Positions 1 through 8,269 of a stretch of 32,000 bases of DNA are shown here, in pieces. This DNA is from Pseudodesulfovibrio mercurii (lineage in GTDB: Bacteria > Desulfobacterota > Desulfovibrionia > Desulfovibrionales > Desulfovibrionaceae). The stretch covers positions 1-32,000 of the forward strand of contig NC_016803.1 in NCBI RefSeq assembly GCF_000189295.2, given 5' to 3'. The translations under genes were made by a program, and so were the position numbers. The notes below the pieces were generated by a model, which did no database searches, had not been told where the DNA came from, and saw only the letters and a program-made list of their open reading frames with translations. Position 1 is the first letter of the stretch; each line of letters begins with the position of its first letter.

Positions 1-23
1 TATAAATTGATATATTACAGTGC

Positions 24-51
24 GTTATCTGTTCAGTGCACTGTCGATAAC
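24..51. promoter_or_regulatory. DnaA-box-like inverted pair upstream of dnaA (probable autoregulatory or oriC-proximal site)
   Basis: GTTATC-tgtt-CAGTGCACTG-tc-GATAAC. The minus-strand box TTATCGACA (42-50) matches the TTATCCACA consensus 8/9. The plus-strand box TTATCTGTT (25-33) matches only 5/9. The centre CAGTGCACTG (34-43) is a perfect 10-nt palindrome. An AT-rich stretch at 1-20 precedes it. Confidence 0.4.
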
Positions 52-124
52 CTGTCCCGTCCCCGGCCGTTTCATTGAATAACGCGAATTGTCCAATCCC
101 TCCCGATACACTATCTCACACAAC

Positions 125-1486
125 ATGCTCGACACTGCCTGGAAGCAAATACTCTTCTCGCTCGAAAAGAGCCTCAACCCTGGTCTCTTCACTGTCTGGA
201 TCAAGCCCCTGCAAGGTCGCGTGGACGGTAACCGCCTGACCCTGACCGCGCCCAACGAGTTCGTGGCCAACTGGGTCCGCGACCGTCTGCTCCAGGTAAT
301 CCGCGAGTCCGCCGCCGAAGTCCTCGGCGCGGAGCCCCGCATCACCATCAACATCGGCGCGCGCGAACCGGCCGCAAAGGCGGCTGCCCCCGTGGGCAAA
401 AAACAGGCCGTCGCGGCCCCGGCCCCGAGGCACATGGGATTGCCCCTGGGCCAGACCCTCAAGCCCGTGACGGTCTCCAACTGGCGGTTCTCCTTCGACG
501 ATTTCGTCGTCGGACCGTCCAACGAACTGGCCTGCGCGGCCAGCAAGTCCATCGGCTCCTCGGCCTTCAACTCCGACCACCTGTTCCTCAGCTCCGGACC
601 GGGCCTGGGCAAGACCCACCTGCTCCAGTCCGTGGGCAACGAACTGTGCCGGACCGCCAACCGCAAGCACCTCAAGGTCGCCTGCCTGTCCTCCGAAGAG
701 TTCGCCACCCGCTGGGTCCTGGCCTTCAAATCCGGACAGGTGGACCAGTTCAAGGCCCAGTTCCGCCAGGGCATCGATGTCCTGCTCCTCGAAGACGTCC
801 ACTTCTTCCAGGGCAAGGAAAAAATGCAGGAGGAACTGCTCTGCACCCTGACCGCCCTGCGCGAACGCGGCTGCAAGGTCGTCCTGACCAGCTCCTTCAT
901 GCCCAAGGAATTTTCCAAGGTCGATGACCGGCTCGTCTCCCGCTTCTGCTCCGGCTTCCTGGCCCACATCAACCGTCCGGACATGGAGACCCGCCGCCGC
1001 ATCATCCTCGACAAGGCCCGGCGCATGCAAGTCGCCGTGCCCGGCGAGGTCTCCGAACTCCTGGCCGAACGGATCACCACCGATATCCGCCAGCTCGAAA
1101 GCTGCCTGAACAACCTGATCCTCAAGGCCCGCCTGCTCAACCGCGACGTGACCATGAACCTGGCCTGGGAAGTGCTCGAAAACTACGCCGTCCAGAACGC
1201 CTCCCCGGACTTCGCCCATATCATCCAGTTCATCTGCAAATGCTACGAGCTGTCCGAAGAGGAGTTGCGCTCCAAAAGCCGCAAGCGCGACGTGGTCCTG
1301 GCCCGCAACACCGCCTTTTACCTGGCCCGAAAACATACCGAACTGTCCCTCAAATCCATTGGTGAACGACTCGGACGAAAACACTCCACCGTGCTCAAAG
1401 GCATCACCAAGGTCGAACGGGAAATCTCCCTCCAGACCCCCCTGGGACGACAGATCGAAAATACCACCCAACGGCTTACACCCTAA
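125..1486 (+). CDS. dnaA: chromosomal replication initiator protein DnaA
   Basis: Walker A motif GPGLGKTHLL, an AAA+ core, and a C-terminal DNA-binding domain (VLARNTAFYLARKHT...SLKSIGERLGRKHSTVLKG). The ORF track opens at TTG 89; ATG 125 (MLDTAWKQIL...) fits typical DnaA N-termini better. Confidence 0.93.
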   Translation: MLDTAWKQILFSLEKSLNPGLFTVWIKPLQGRVDGNRLTLTAPNEFVANWVRDRLLQVIRESAAEVLGAEPRITINIGAREPAAKAAAPVGKKQAVAAPAPRHMGLPLGQTLKPVTVSNWRFSFDDFVVGPSNELACAASKSIGSSAFNSDHLFLSSGPGLGKTHLLQSVGNELCRTANRKHLKVACLSSEEFATRWVLAFKSGQVDQFKAQFRQGIDVLLLEDVHFFQGKEKMQEELLCTLTALRERGCKVVLTSSFMPKEFSKVDDRLVSRFCSGFLAHINRPDMETRRRIILDKARRMQVAVPGEVSELLAERITTDIRQLESCLNNLILKARLLNRDVTMNLAWEVLENYAVQNASPDFAHIIQFICKCYELSEEELRSKSRKRDVVLARNTAFYLARKHTELSLKSIGERLGRKHSTVLKGITKVEREISLQTPLGRQIENTTQRLTP

Positions 1487-1545
1487 CAAAGCCCCCCGCA
1501 TGTTCTCCCGGAGCCAACCCGCTCGGGCGCTCCAGGAGAATTTTT

Positions 1546-1577
1546 AAGGCCGGTCGCAAGATCGGCCTTCTTTTTTG
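1546..1577 (+). terminator. rho-independent terminator after dnaA
   Basis: AAGGCCG (1546-1552) pairs with CGGCCTT (1563-1569) and is followed by CTTTTTT. Confidence 0.7.
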
Positions 1578-1586
1578 CGTTGAGAG

Positions 1587-1693
1587 GGGTAGGGATGGGG
1601 AATGCCTCCGGCGGCCCCTTCGGGGGGACCAGAGAACCCTTTGGAAAGGGTTCTCTGGACTCTCCCAAACTTTTTGTGTGCCTTCGGCAGGGG
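1587..1693 (-). repeat. dispersed intergenic repeat, copy A (short variant, reverse orientation)
   Basis: Contains GCCTCCGGCGGCC, the mini-hairpin CCCC-TTCG-GGGG (1615-1626), the hairpin CCAGAGAACCCTTT/AAAGGGTTCTCTGG (1629-1642 with 1645-1658), then CCCAAACTTTTTG and GCCTTCGGC. It is collinear with the reverse complement of copies B and D. Confidence 0.7.
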
Positions 1694-1787
1694 CGTGCGG
1701 ACGCGGGTTGGCGGAGGGGTGGGGGGAGGTTGGTTGCGGGGTATGTGCTGTTTGAGCGGGGGGATTGGCTGTACGCGGCCAGGCGGT

Positions 1788-1854
1788 GTCCCGAAGGGGT
1801 CGCGCCGGGCGTCCACGGGCCTCGGAGGGCCGTCCGGCGCGCCCCCTTCGGGAC
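1788..1854. other. long imperfect hairpin (21-nt arms, 20/21 paired) between repeat copies A and B
   Basis: GTCCCGAAGGGGTCGCGCCGG (1788-1808) pairs with CCGGCGCGCCCCCTTCGGGAC (1834-1854) across a 25-nt loop. Each arm also carries a CCC-GAAG/TTCG-GGG mini-palindrome. Confidence 0.6.
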
Positions 1855-1942
1855 GGTTGCCCACGCCGCCTGGAAGGGCGGGGGACAAGTAAAGTCGTCA
1901 GGGCGGCGTGTCGGGACGAGGGAGAGGAAACTAGTTTTTTAA

Positions 1943-2046
1943 GTTATTCCGTCTCCCGCGAAGCGGCCCAAAGAGTTTGGGAGGGTGAGTGGGGGGATGG
2001 GGGGTCCAGGGGGGAAGGGGGGCGGAGGCGGCATCCCCCTGCGCCT
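1943..2046 (+). repeat. dispersed intergenic repeat, copy B (forward orientation, long hairpin missing or truncated)
   Basis: GTTATTCCGTCTCCCGCGAAGCGGCCCAAAGAGTTTGGGAGGG, then the G-tract block GGGGGGATGGGGGGTCCAGGGGGGAAGGGGGG (1991-2022), then GCGGAGGCGGCATCCCCC. It runs into the stop codon of the convergent gene at 2045. Confidence 0.7.
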
Positions 2047-2473
2047 ACTCCTGGTCGTGTAGGAAGCGGATGACCTGGGTGCGGATGTCGTCGCGGATGG
2101 CGCGGGCGGCGGCGAGTTGGTCTTCGGTGGAGCCGGTGACGTATTCGGGGTCGGGGAAGGCCCAGTTGATGTGTACGGTCCGGCCGGCCAGGGGCGGCAT
2201 GTCCCGGAGCACGTCCGGGCCGGAGGTGGTGATGACGTAGTGGTAGGGCGGGGTGTCTCGGAGCAGGTCGCGGACATTGGTGGCGACATTGTTGCGGAAG
2301 TCGAAGTCGGCCTCGCGCATGACCTCCCTGACCAGGGGGTCCACGGCGGTGGGTTCGGTCCCGGCGCTGCGGGCCTCGAACCGGCCCCGGCCGAGGCGTT
2401 GCAGGAAGGCTTCGGCCATCTGGCTGCGGCCGCTGTTGTGTCGGCAGACGAAGAGTACGCGTATGGGGTCCAT
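2045..2473 (-). CDS. low-molecular-weight phosphatase / ArsC-family protein
   Basis: N-terminal CX5R(S) P-loop [14 protein letters not shown] typical of LMW-PTP and thioredoxin-type ArsC. GGAG sits 7 nt upstream of the ATG. Confidence 0.8.
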   Translation of the reverse strand: MDPIRVLFVCRHNSGRSQMAEAFLQRLGRGRFEARSAGTEPTAVDPLVREVMREADFDFRNNVATNVRDLLRDTPPYHYVITTSGPDVLRDMPPLAGRTVHINWAFPDPEYVTGSTEDQLAAARAIRDDIRTQVIRFLHDQE

Positions 2474-2570
2474 GGAGCAGCTCCTTGTGGCAACTGCTCT
2501 AGCCTCGGCAGGTTACAGCCGTAGGGCGTTCCCATGACCGGAGTGTATCAACTTTCCGGTAACGGCGGCG

Positions 2571-4151
2571 TCAATCCGGATCGGGTTCGCCGAATCCGCC
2601 CCCGCCGGGAGTTTCCATGCGCACGCGGTCCCCGGCCCTGAGGGCGCGGTGGAACTTGCCGGGCTCGAGGCGGGTCTGGTTGCCGGAGACGACCATGTTG
2701 CGGCCGGGGGCGCCTGGTTCGCCGCCGTGCACGCCAAATGGGGCGCGGGTGCGTCGTTCGGACAGGACCGTGACCTCGGCGTCGGCCAGCAGTTCGATCT
2801 CGCGGACCAGGCCGTCGCCGCCGTGGTGTCGTCCCCGGCCGCCCGTGCCGCGCAGGATGGCGTATTCGCGGACGCGGAAGGGGTAGGCGTATTCCAGGGC
2901 CTCCACCGGGGTGTTCAGGGTGTTGGTCATGTGCGAGTGCACGGCGGACTCGCCGTCCCGGTCCGGGGACGCGCCCATGCCGCCCGCCAGGGTCTCGTAG
3001 TAGGCGAAGGGGCCGGAAGCGGTTTGACCGCCGATGGTCAGGTTGTTCATGGTCCCCTGGGAAGCGGCGGGCATGGACTCGGGCAGGGCCCGGGCCAGCG
3101 CGCCGAGGAGCACGTCCACCAGCCGCTGGGAGGTCTCCACGTTGCCTCCGGCCACGGCGGCCGGGAACTCGGCGTCCACCACCGAGCCGGGGCGGGTGAT
3201 CACGTCCAGGGGGCGCATGCAGCCCGCGTTGGCCGGGATGTCCCGCGCGGCCAGGGCGCGGAAGACGTAGAGCACGGCGGACAGGGTGATGGCCCGGACC
3301 GCGTTGACCCCGCCGCGCACCTGGTCGTCGCTGGCCGAGAAGTCGAGGCGGGCGTGGTCGCCTTCCACGGTCATGGTCAGCCGAATGGCGATGTCGCGGG
3401 CTCCCTGGCCGTCGTCCTCGAGGACGTCCTCGAACCGGTAGGTCCCGTCAGGTATGGCGGCCACGGCCTGTCGGGTGATGCGCTCGGAGTAGTCCATGAG
3501 CGCGCGGGCGTAGTGGGCGCAGGTCGGGAGGCCGTATTTTTCAATGCATTCGGTCATGCGCCGGACCCCGGTGACGTTGGCCATGAACTGGGCCGAGAAG
3601 TCGCCCTCGCGCTCCAGGGGGGTGCGCACGTTGTTCAGGATGAGCCGCATGAGTTCGCGGTCCACCTCGCCATTGCGCACGATGCGCACGGGCGGGATGA
3701 TCAGCCCCTCCTGGAACAGGGAGGTGGACAGGGGCATGGACCCGGAGGCCATGCCGCCCACGTCGGCGTGGTGGGCGCGGTTGGCCACGAAAAAGACCGG
3801 GTGGTCCGTGCCGGGGGCGAAGACCGGGGCCACGATGGTGATGTCCGGCAGGTGGGTGCCGCCCTTGAACGGGTCGTTGAGCATGACCATGTCGCCGGGG
3901 GCGAAGCCGCCGTTATCGGTCATGGCGGCCATGGCGGACTTCACGGACAGGGGCATGGAGCCGAGGTGCACCGGGATGTGCGCGGCCTGGGCGATCATGT
4001 CGCCGTGTTCGTCGAAGACCGCGCAGGACAGGTCGCGGCGTTCCTTGATGTTGGGCGAGAACGCGGTGTTGGTCAGGGTGACGCCCATCTCCTCGGCGAT
4101 GGAGGAGAAGCGGTTCTTGAAGACTTCGAGGAGGACGGGATGGGTCTGCAT
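2571..4151 (-). CDS. hydantoinase B / oxoprolinase family protein (HyuB-like)
   Basis: N-terminus HPVLLEVFKNRFSSIAEEMG plus family-like blocks along the full ~526 aa. ATG 4151 is preferred over the TTG at 4169 used in the ORF track. Confidence 0.85.
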   Translation of the reverse strand: MQTHPVLLEVFKNRFSSIAEEMGVTLTNTAFSPNIKERRDLSCAVFDEHGDMIAQAAHIPVHLGSMPLSVKSAMAAMTDNGGFAPGDMVMLNDPFKGGTHLPDITIVAPVFAPGTDHPVFFVANRAHHADVGGMASGSMPLSTSLFQEGLIIPPVRIVRNGEVDRELMRLILNNVRTPLEREGDFSAQFMANVTGVRRMTECIEKYGLPTCAHYARALMDYSERITRQAVAAIPDGTYRFEDVLEDDGQGARDIAIRLTMTVEGDHARLDFSASDDQVRGGVNAVRAITLSAVLYVFRALAARDIPANAGCMRPLDVITRPGSVVDAEFPAAVAGGNVETSQRLVDVLLGALARALPESMPAASQGTMNNLTIGGQTASGPFAYYETLAGGMGASPDRDGESAVHSHMTNTLNTPVEALEYAYPFRVREYAILRGTGGRGRHHGGDGLVREIELLADAEVTVLSERRTRAPFGVHGGEPGAPGRNMVVSGNQTRLEPGKFHRALRAGDRVRMETPGGGGFGEPDPD

Positions 4152-4196
4152 GCCCGAACCTAGCCGCAAGGGGGCCGGTCTGGCAACCTCGCGGGG

Positions 4197-4997
4197 CTAG
4201 GCCCGGCGCAGGGCCTCGAGTTTGCGGCGGGCCTCGTCCGGGTCCAGGCCGCGCTGGGCCGCGATGTGGTCCAGGTCGGCCTCGGCGTCGGACGGGCGCA
4301 CGTAGATGGGCTCGATGGAGTCGTGGGCGAAGGTCGCCCTGGCGGCCGTTTCCAGCAGGATCTCGGGCGCGGGGTTGTCGAAGGCCGCATTCAGCGGGAC
4401 GTAGCCGGGGTTGGCCTGGGCCAGGTCGGCGAAAAACGCGGGATTCTTGCGCAGGGCCGAGCCCATGAGGTGCGCGTCCGGGCCGAATCCGGCCATGCGT
4501 TCCCCGGCCTGCTCCAGGGTCAGGGCGTCCAGGGGGGCGATCTCGGCCAGGTCCGGGCAGCGGAAGGACTGCATGTAGACCAGGCCGCGCCGGGCGTAGG
4601 TCAGGACGTGGAGCGGGCCGGTCAGCAGGGGACCGGGACCGGCGGCCAGGAGCGGCAGGTAGTCGAGCCCGGCCAGGGGCAGGGACAGCCCGGCGGCCAC
4701 GCCCTCGGCCGCGGCCAGGACGAGGCGCAGGCCGGTGAAGCTGCCGGGGCCGCGCACGCAGGCGATGCGCGCCAGGTCCGCGACGTCCAGGCCGAACTCG
4801 TCGAGCAGACCGCGCAGGCCCGGAGCCAGGAAGCGCACGGTCTGGCCGGGCACGGTCCACTGGCGCGAGGCGAGCAGGGGCATGCCGGAGAGCGGCCCGT
4901 CGGGGCCGGGCTGGCCCAGGACGAGCTGGAGGCGCTCCTCGGGCCCGGACAGGACCAGGGTCAGGTCGTGCGGGCGGGTGGTCTTGGGCATGGCCAC
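4197..4997 (-). CDS. tsaB: tRNA t6A37 threonylcarbamoyl-transfer protein TsaB (YeaZ)
   Basis: GPGSFTGLRLV motif and ASKHA-fold-like N-terminal half. The start is GTG 4997 or ATG 4991, 5-11 nt after the rseP stop. Confidence 0.8.
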   Translation of the reverse strand: MAMPKTTRPHDLTLVLSGPEERLQLVLGQPGPDGPLSGMPLLASRQWTVPGQTVRFLAPGLRGLLDEFGLDVADLARIACVRGPGSFTGLRLVLAAAEGVAAGLSLPLAGLDYLPLLAAGPGPLLTGPLHVLTYARRGLVYMQSFRCPDLAEIAPLDALTLEQAGERMAGFGPDAHLMGSALRKNPAFFADLAQANPGYVPLNAAFDNPAPEILLETAARATFAHDSIEPIYVRPSDAEADLDHIAAQRGLDPDEARRKLEALRRA

Positions 4998-5001
4998 GGG
5001 G

Positions 5002-6060
5002 CTAGCCCAGGAGCCTGCGCACGTCGTTGAAGATGGCCAGCGACATGATCAGGAGCAGGATGAGCAGGCCCACGCGCATGGACATGGCCTTCCACCGTTC
5101 GTTGAGCGGCCTGCGGAAGACGATCTCCAGGGCGAAGAACAGGATGTGGCCGCCGTCCAGCACCGGGATGGGCAGGAGGTTGATGATCGCCAGGTTGATG
5201 GAGATGATCGCCATCATGCCGAGCAGGGCGAAGAGGCCGTTCTGGGCGGACTCGTGGACCATCTGGGCGAGCATGATCGGCCCGCCCACGGATTCCACCG
5301 GGATGAGCCGTTCGATGATGGACAGGAACCCTTTGACCACCACCTCGGACATGTACCAGGTCTGGCGCAGCGCGGGCCAGGCCCCGATGCCCTCGATGGG
5401 TTCGTAGCGCATCTGGCCGGACTGGTTGATGCCGACCATGGGCACGGTGACGTCCTTGCCGAACAGGTCCTTGAAGGTGTTCACCTGCGGGGTGACGGTC
5501 AGGGTCAGCTTCTCGCCCGCGCGGTCAACGGCCACCTGCAGGGGCTTGCCCTCGGCCGCGCGGATGATCTCGACCATCCGGGTCCAGGAGTTCACGGGCG
5601 CGCCGTCGATGGTCGTGATCATGTCGCCCTTGACGAATCCGGCGGCGGCGGCCGGGGAGTCGGGCAGGACCCCGCCCACCAGGGGCAGGACCACGCCCTG
5701 GCCCTGGGCCAACGCCAGGAACCAGTAGATCAGGAAGGCCAGCAGGAAATTGAAGAAGGGACCGGCGGCGACCACGCACAGACGCTGCCAGGCCGGGCGG
5801 TGGGAGAAGAGCTTGTCGTCGGGAAAGTCCGTCTCCTCCTCGCCCTGTTCGCCCGCCAGGGCCACGTAGCCGCCCAGCGGAATCCAGGAGATCTTGTAGT
5901 CGGTCTTGCCCGAGGTGAAGCCGACCATCTTGGGCCCGAAGCCCAGCGAGAACGCCTTGACCCCCATGCCGAAGATCCGGGCCACGACGAAATGCCCCAG
6001 TTCGTGGAAGAAGATAAGTCCGCCCAGTACCAGGACAATGGCGATGGTGCTCGTGATCAT
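5002..6060 (-). CDS. rseP: RIP site-2 zinc metalloprotease RseP
   Basis: HELGH zinc motif in the first TM helix, a central PDZ-like region, C-terminal NLLPIPVLDGGH, and the conserved position next to dxr. Confidence 0.9.
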   Translation of the reverse strand: MITSTIAIVLVLGGLIFFHELGHFVVARIFGMGVKAFSLGFGPKMVGFTSGKTDYKISWIPLGGYVALAGEQGEEETDFPDDKLFSHRPAWQRLCVVAAGPFFNFLLAFLIYWFLALAQGQGVVLPLVGGVLPDSPAAAAGFVKGDMITTIDGAPVNSWTRMVEIIRAAEGKPLQVAVDRAGEKLTLTVTPQVNTFKDLFGKDVTVPMVGINQSGQMRYEPIEGIGAWPALRQTWYMSEVVVKGFLSIIERLIPVESVGGPIMLAQMVHESAQNGLFALLGMMAIISINLAIINLLPIPVLDGGHILFFALEIVFRRPLNERWKAMSMRVGLLILLLIMSLAIFNDVRRLLG

Positions 6061-6132
6061 GTATTCCTCATGTGCCGCGTTGATGAAAAAGGCGTGCGGC
6101 TCGGATAACTATAACCATTCTCGGCCGGTTGG

Positions 6133-7335
6133 CTAGAGGCGGGCCTCGGTTTCCCGCCGGACCTCCCGGTCCAGGGCCAGGACCGCCTCGGGCGTGGATA
6201 CGTCCACAGGGGCGTGGCGGTCAAGTCCGGCCTCGATCATGGCCGGGATGTCGGTGAAGCCGATGCGCTCGTGGAGGAAGGCGTCCACGGCGATTTCGTT
6301 GATCGCGTTGAGCACGATGGGGTGGCTCGGCCCGGCGTCGAAGGCCTCGCGGGCCAGCCGCAGGCAGGGGAAGGCGTCGAGGTCCGGCGCCTCGAAGGTC
6401 AGGCGGCCCACCTCGGCCAGCCGGAGCCGGGGCACGTCCACGGTGACCCGCTCGGGAAAGCACAGGCAGTGGGCGATGGGCACCTGCATGTCCGGGGTGC
6501 CCATGTGGGCCAGTTGCGAGCCGTCCACGTACTCCACCAGGGAGTGGACGATGGACTGGGGATGGACGACCACGTCCACCCGGTCCGGGGGCAGGCCGTA
6601 GAGATGGCAGGCCTCGATCAGTTCCAGCCCCTTGTTCAGCAGGGTGGCCGAATCCACGGAAATCTTGGCGCCCATGCTCCAGTTGGGATGGGCCAGGGCC
6701 TGCTCGCGGGTGACGGTTTCAAGGAATGCCCGGTCCTTTCCCCGGAACGGGCCGCCCGAAGCGGTCAGGATGAGGCGCGCGATCTCCTCGTCCCGGCCGT
6801 GCCCGGCCAGCCCCTGGAACAGGGCGTTGTGCTCGGAGTCCACGGGCAGGATCACGGCCCCGGACGCCCGGCAGGCGGCGCGGATGAGGTGGCCGCCCAG
6901 GACCAGGGACTCCTTGTTGGCCAGGCCGATCATCTTGCCGGCGCGGGCGGCGGCCAGGGTGGGCGCGAACCCGGCGGCCCCCACGATGGCGGACAGGATC
7001 AGGTCCGCCTCGTCCAGGGCGGCCAGGCGATCAAAGGCCTCGGGGCCGACCAGGAGTTCCGGGGCGTAGTCGCCCGGCAGGTTGTCGAGAAATTCGGTGC
7101 GCGCCGCGTCGTCGAGCACGGCGGCGTATTGCGGCCGGAACCGGGCGCACAGGGCGGCCAGCTTGCGGCCGTTGCGCCCGCCCGCAAGGGCCGTGACCGT
7201 GAACCGCTCCGGGTGTCCGGCGACGACCTTGAGGGCCGAGTCGCCGATGGAGCCGGTGGCCCCGAGGATGACCAGTCTGCGCGGGAAGGGCGGGCTCGGC
7301 ACCGTGGCGGGCCAGGCGGAGATGTAGGTCTTCAT
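6133..7335 (-). CDS. dxr: 1-deoxy-D-xylulose 5-phosphate reductoisomerase
   Basis: LVILGATGSIGDSAL NADPH-binding motif, LANKESLV, DSEHNALFQ and NKGLELIEA blocks. The true start is internal to the 647-aa ORF, at ATG 7335 (MKTYISAW). Confidence 0.93.
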   Translation of the reverse strand: MKTYISAWPATVPSPPFPRRLVILGATGSIGDSALKVVAGHPERFTVTALAGGRNGRKLAALCARFRPQYAAVLDDAARTEFLDNLPGDYAPELLVGPEAFDRLAALDEADLILSAIVGAAGFAPTLAAARAGKMIGLANKESLVLGGHLIRAACRASGAVILPVDSEHNALFQGLAGHGRDEEIARLILTASGGPFRGKDRAFLETVTREQALAHPNWSMGAKISVDSATLLNKGLELIEACHLYGLPPDRVDVVVHPQSIVHSLVEYVDGSQLAHMGTPDMQVPIAHCLCFPERVTVDVPRLRLAEVGRLTFEAPDLDAFPCLRLAREAFDAGPSHPIVLNAINEIAVDAFLHERIGFTDIPAMIEAGLDRHAPVDVSTPEAVLALDREVRRETEARL

Positions 7336-7349
7336 GGGCTTGGCGCGCC

Positions 7350-8159
7350 TTAGGGGAAATAGGGCTGGAACATGGAGATCAGCCCGTAGCAGGGGATGAC
7401 CAGGAGCAGGCTGTCCACCCGGTCGAGCAGGCCGCCGTGGCCGGGCAGGATGGTCCCGGAGTCCTTGATGTCCAGGGAGCGCTTGAGGGCGGACTCGAAG
7501 AAGTCGCCGAGCTGGGCGGCCACGTTCAGGGCCGCGCCCAGGAGCAGCCACTTCCACCAGACCGTCTCGGGCAGGCCGAAGGCGAGGCCCCAGGCGAAGG
7601 TGGCGGCCATGCAGGCGGTCAGCCCGCCGATGGACCCGGCCCAGGACTTCTTGGGGCTGATGCGCGGCCATATCTTGCGCTTGCCGAGCCATGTGCCCAC
7701 GTAGAAGGCGGCGGTGTCGGAGATGACCGCCGCGCCCAGGACGAGCAGCAGCTCCAGGCGGTCGAAGAACAGCAGGAAATGGAAATTCATGGGGATGTAG
7801 AACAACCCGGCCAGGAAAATGGCCGCGTGGCGGTAGGACGTGGCCACGTCCCTGTTGTAGCGCAGCAGGAAGACCAGGGCCGAGGCCCAGAAGGCCAGGG
7901 CCAGGATGACGCCGGGGTAGCGGGCGTCGCCCGTGGTGTAGGCCCCCATGAGCAGGAAGGTCACGGCCGCGCCCAGGGACTTGAAGGCGGTCATGGACTG
8001 CCCGGGCCGGAACATGGAGTAGAACTCCCACAGGGTCAGGACGCTGAACAGGGCGAGAACCGCGAACAGGACCCACCCCTGAAAGATCAGGGCCAGGGTC
8101 GGGAGGATGGCCAGGACGGCGCTGGTGGCGATTCGTTGCTTATGCGGGGAGATATCCAT
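7350..8159 (-). CDS. cdsA: phosphatidate cytidylyltransferase
   Basis: Multi-TM protein with the signature SALKRSLDIKDSGTILPGHGGLLDRVDS. The start is ATG 8159 or GTG 8168. Confidence 0.9.
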   Translation of the reverse strand: MDISPHKQRIATSAVLAILPTLALIFQGWVLFAVLALFSVLTLWEFYSMFRPGQSMTAFKSLGAAVTFLLMGAYTTGDARYPGVILALAFWASALVFLLRYNRDVATSYRHAAIFLAGLFYIPMNFHFLLFFDRLELLLVLGAAVISDTAAFYVGTWLGKRKIWPRISPKKSWAGSIGGLTACMAATFAWGLAFGLPETVWWKWLLLGAALNVAAQLGDFFESALKRSLDIKDSGTILPGHGGLLDRVDSLLLVIPCYGLISMFQPYFP

Positions 8160-8269
8160 GTTGATCACAGCGGTTGATGGTGACTTGGGTGGCCGTATGA
8201 ATCCATTTTCTCTACGCTATTTGCCGGGCGGGGGCAACACGCCGGGCCGGGGAAAGCGCGTCGGACGGG

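Noticed and set aside
1487-2044. Possible oriC in the gap after dnaA.
   Set aside because: There is no match of 8/9 or better to the TTATCCACA DnaA box and no AT-rich unwinding element beyond ~20 nt (1928-1950). The region is G-rich repeat sequence.
1544-2073. ORFs inside the repeat regions: 1544-1888, 1580-1942, 1602-1892 and 1765-2073, and also 20062-20334, 20141-20329, 20331-20663 and 26352-26690.
   Set aside because: They lie on both strands across hairpins and G-tracts, encode Gly/Pro/Arg low-complexity strings, and lack Shine-Dalgarno sequences. They are best explained as artefacts of the repeat element.
6133-8076. N-terminally extended ORFs that run through upstream genes: dxr as 647 aa, the cyuA-like gene as 500 aa (20666-22168), gcvPB as 595 aa (28521-30308), DUF386 as 557 aa (26727-28400) and pyrH as 262 aa.
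   Set aside because: The extensions are Arg/Pro/Gly-rich and overlap recognised genes in another frame. Each has an internal ATG that gives a canonical N-terminus and a tight junction with the upstream gene.
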